Below, piece after piece: positions 16,601 through 17,666 of a DNA stretch of 17,666 nucleotides (its first letter is position 1; every line of letters starts with the position of its first letter). Below the pieces are notes generated by a model. That model was not told the DNA's origin. It did not search any database and worked only from the letters and a program-made list of their open reading frames with translations. Origin of the DNA: Trichoplax adhaerens (lineage: Eukaryota; Animalia; Placozoa); assembly GCF_000150275.1 (NCBI RefSeq), contig NW_002060991.1, positions 23,589-41,254 on the forward strand, written 5' to 3'. A program made the translations under genes and the position numbers.

Positions 16601-17538
16601 TCAAAGATCAAAATAATTATCAGTTGTGGTGCTTAAATCAAATGTTCCCACATCAACTGACGTTAAGCGAAAATAAACGTTTGAATAAGAGCTCTGATAA
16701 GAGAAAGCTAATTGTGCTTAAGAGGGATATTTTTGATCTTAATAAGGACGTTATTTCTACTTTTAAACGCCATGGAATCAAAGTTGTTAAGACCATGAAA
16801 GAAGTAACAACGATAAAAAATATTTGTTTGTTTAATTTTAGGTGTGACCAGGTTAATAAACACGTCGCTAAGAATGTAGTCGAAAGAGCTGGATTTTATA
16901 GCGGTTTAGAACTTGTTTGTAAAAAGCACTATAAGAATAAAAATGATCGGCTGTATGTTAACTATCATTATGTTTTAAAATCGATTGGAGATAAGTATTT
17001 TGTCGTGAACGAGCCAGTTGAGAACAAAGATATTCGACTGGACGTTGATAAATTGAAATATTTCAAACTTCCGTATGCTAATACATGCGATTCAGTACAA
17101 CGTCTCACAATAAAGGACAAAATTACCATATTTGATTGCAATACGCCCTATGTGGATCGCTACTTTATTTGGACTGCATTAACACGAGGCACAAATTTAA
17201 AAAATGTTCAGATATATGAACATTCACCGGAAGAAATTATGTCTTTAAACGAATCTTGGGTAAAACTTTACTTTAAGAATAAGATAGAGGATTACAGATC
17301 ACAAGATAGGGCAGCGGGTAGAAAAAATGATAAGGATTACATAGATATTGATTGGATTCAGTTACAACTCGAAAAGTGCACGTCATGTCTTCTATGTAAT
17401 ACATTATTTGAAGCTATGATTAATCCGGATAATAACATTAATTCTAACATTACAGTTGATAGAATTGATAATAAACTACCACATGTTAAGAGTAATTGTA
17501 GGTTAATGTGCCTTGATTGCAATGTGAGAAAGCGTTAG
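13654..17538 (+). CDS. Multidomain replicase: repeats + OTU-like + divergent family-B DNA polymerase + SF1 helicase + HNH-like nuclease
   Basis: PolB-like motifs A (GID568SRKAYTS), B (K672FIVN676KNLG) and C (GIKTD786S). SF1 motifs GSLPGVGK875T, FD939EI, GDVDQ, ENKR, YANTCDSVQRLT, WTALTR. C-terminal CLLC...TVDRIDN..PH..SNC..MCLDCN. Confidence 0.85.
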   Translation: MQKKELKKLSKKELTNIVSSRSHNTKSTKRTKPIKLKEGYEINPTTGRQIKINGPTYRKIHNKSKEGYVINPKTGRQIKINGSTYRKIHNKSKEGYEINPKTGRFIKIDGLVHRRMRKEMQQEIKMKEPEIYSMTVLLFRRVDESSKMKKIAFTSKDGYRYILIAKRILNISMKKCIDLYLNKRIYRKEDGKYNEQFTELIDQLISSIDFEELWDKCGHYTDCIIIKSASKCPNLGENVDVLEEELHLTNTEMGVYDKYLNFDLNQEVLSDTRANSCFVNLIVSKFEAAFGKVRKDGTKYYRFNLTHESLCEICGINYQEDNIGLSVNKSLAFFKKFRIGLCVYGPFGRLLKYSPEHPNKKINPRNLYIYIHNKHCYEINNNIKKFEQVVWRPNDDVSSELKSLKVSNEYYIRDTNIHTNRALFIDDCEQMIRYLDDKDNDEIKLVTFVYNEDTLDTFLFEIIEKMNYTPEINFNYGKIMTLKLKYNKIIAVITAPDIKQNDVDMEIDEKSYETFHKVDDEFYKGLLQKNHLSCYNQTIMDLENVLKISPMGGYFDNCMVYNELLGIDSRKAYTSDFMNIEFYPVFNHFDVWQSYDGHAVEDYTQYIVETKRCHPILFNAKFSRCYGIKLNKIRFNDVEILYYRRPSNLVKSNSEHLVKAVYESDLPLDCKKFIVNKNLGLIEKKRNVKTITKVFKNYDEAFYYQNSLDNGQIYTITGNSINTELEELEEEEKNKLYLLCISEERTLINGFLPIKELVYDIRSIKNYMTYKKLIRANIEVRGIKTDSLLIDNSRDNKSKVKKLFDFSNKIGCFKLETCNYLIDKKLQWIENELPQIAQITITEHEIKDERDTDEINNVFKKYNTFIKGSLPGVGKTTCAKMNPYIKTLFVSPYNKLCQELRKSSHDAVTLNMLLGIGIDDKHIKMKNFNIEPYDCIVFDEILLYNPYQLYLIKMFMKKNAEKRYLCTGDVDQRKPFTFGTNNIKDQNNYQLWCLNQMFPHQLTLSENKRLNKSSDKRKLIVLKRDIFDLNKDVISTFKRHGIKVVKTMKEVTTIKNICLFNFRCDQVNKHVAKNVVERAGFYSGLELVCKKHYKNKNDRLYVNYHYVLKSIGDKYFVVNEPVENKDIRLDVDKLKYFKLPYANTCDSVQRLTIKDKITIFDCNTPYVDRYFIWTALTRGTNLKNVQIYEHSPEEIMSLNESWVKLYFKNKIEDYRSQDRAAGRKNDKDYIDIDWIQLQLEKCTSCLLCNTLFEAMINPDNNINSNITVDRIDNKLPHVKSNCRLMCLDCNVRKR
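13762..13995 (+). repeat. Three 84-bp (28-aa) repeats KEGY.INP.TGR.IKI.G
   Basis: Units start at 13762, 13846 and 13930; the third diverges at its end. NPxTGRxIKxxGxTY resembles the core of the NCLDV 2-cysteine adaptor motif but lacks the cysteines. Confidence 0.9.
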
Positions 17539-17666
17539 AAACGATAAAGATTTCTAAATTTGAAAGGGCATTTACTTTCTGTCCCCCTTTGGTATATCTT
17601 GTCTTGGTCCTTTCTTGCTTTCTCTACATTTCTTAATAGCAGCTATAGCTTGTGCTCATTTCATAT

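Larger units (their letters stand above)
62..17666. mobile_element. Polinton/Maverick-like (adintovirus-like) endogenous virus, right end truncated by window
   Basis: Co-occurrence of rve-type integrase with chromodomain, adenain-like protease, capsid-like genes, A32/FtsK-like ATPase and a PolB-motif replicase. Intronless, densely packed AT-rich ORFs. The structured left end begins AGATAGAG at 62, and Polinton termini typically start 5'-AG. The exact boundary is inferred. Confidence 0.93.

Noticed and set aside
13654-17538. Helitron Rep-helicase
   Set aside because: No HUH/Y2 Rep motifs are seen; the upstream domain has PolB-like motifs and the context is a capsid-encoding element.
17539-17666. 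Right terminal inverted repeat
   Set aside because: No TGTTCCACA array or match to 62-285 is present, so the right end lies outside the window.

Overview
Nearly the whole window (~62 to beyond 17666) is one AT-rich Polinton/Maverick (adintovirus-like) endogenous dsDNA virus; bases 1-~61 are probably host flank. The core module is intact: chromodomain DDE integrase, adenain-like cysteine protease, major and minor jelly-roll capsid proteins, packaging ATPase, basic core and membrane-lytic proteins with protease cleavage motifs, and a fibre-like protein. The replication module is atypical. No stand-alone protein-primed PolB is seen; a 1294-aa ORF instead fuses N-terminal repeats, a putative OTU-like Cys/His domain, a divergent PolB palm (KTDS), an SF1 helicase and a C-terminal HNH-like nuclease. 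The left end is a ~225-nt imperfect fold-back hairpin with a two-armed tip, followed by ~1.4 kb of TGTGGAACA iteron-like repeats. Together these suggest (inference) hairpin-primed/nick-resolved rather than protein-primed replication. A VLTF3-like gene is frameshifted. The right terminus is not in the window. All family calls come from motif recognition by eye, not database searches.
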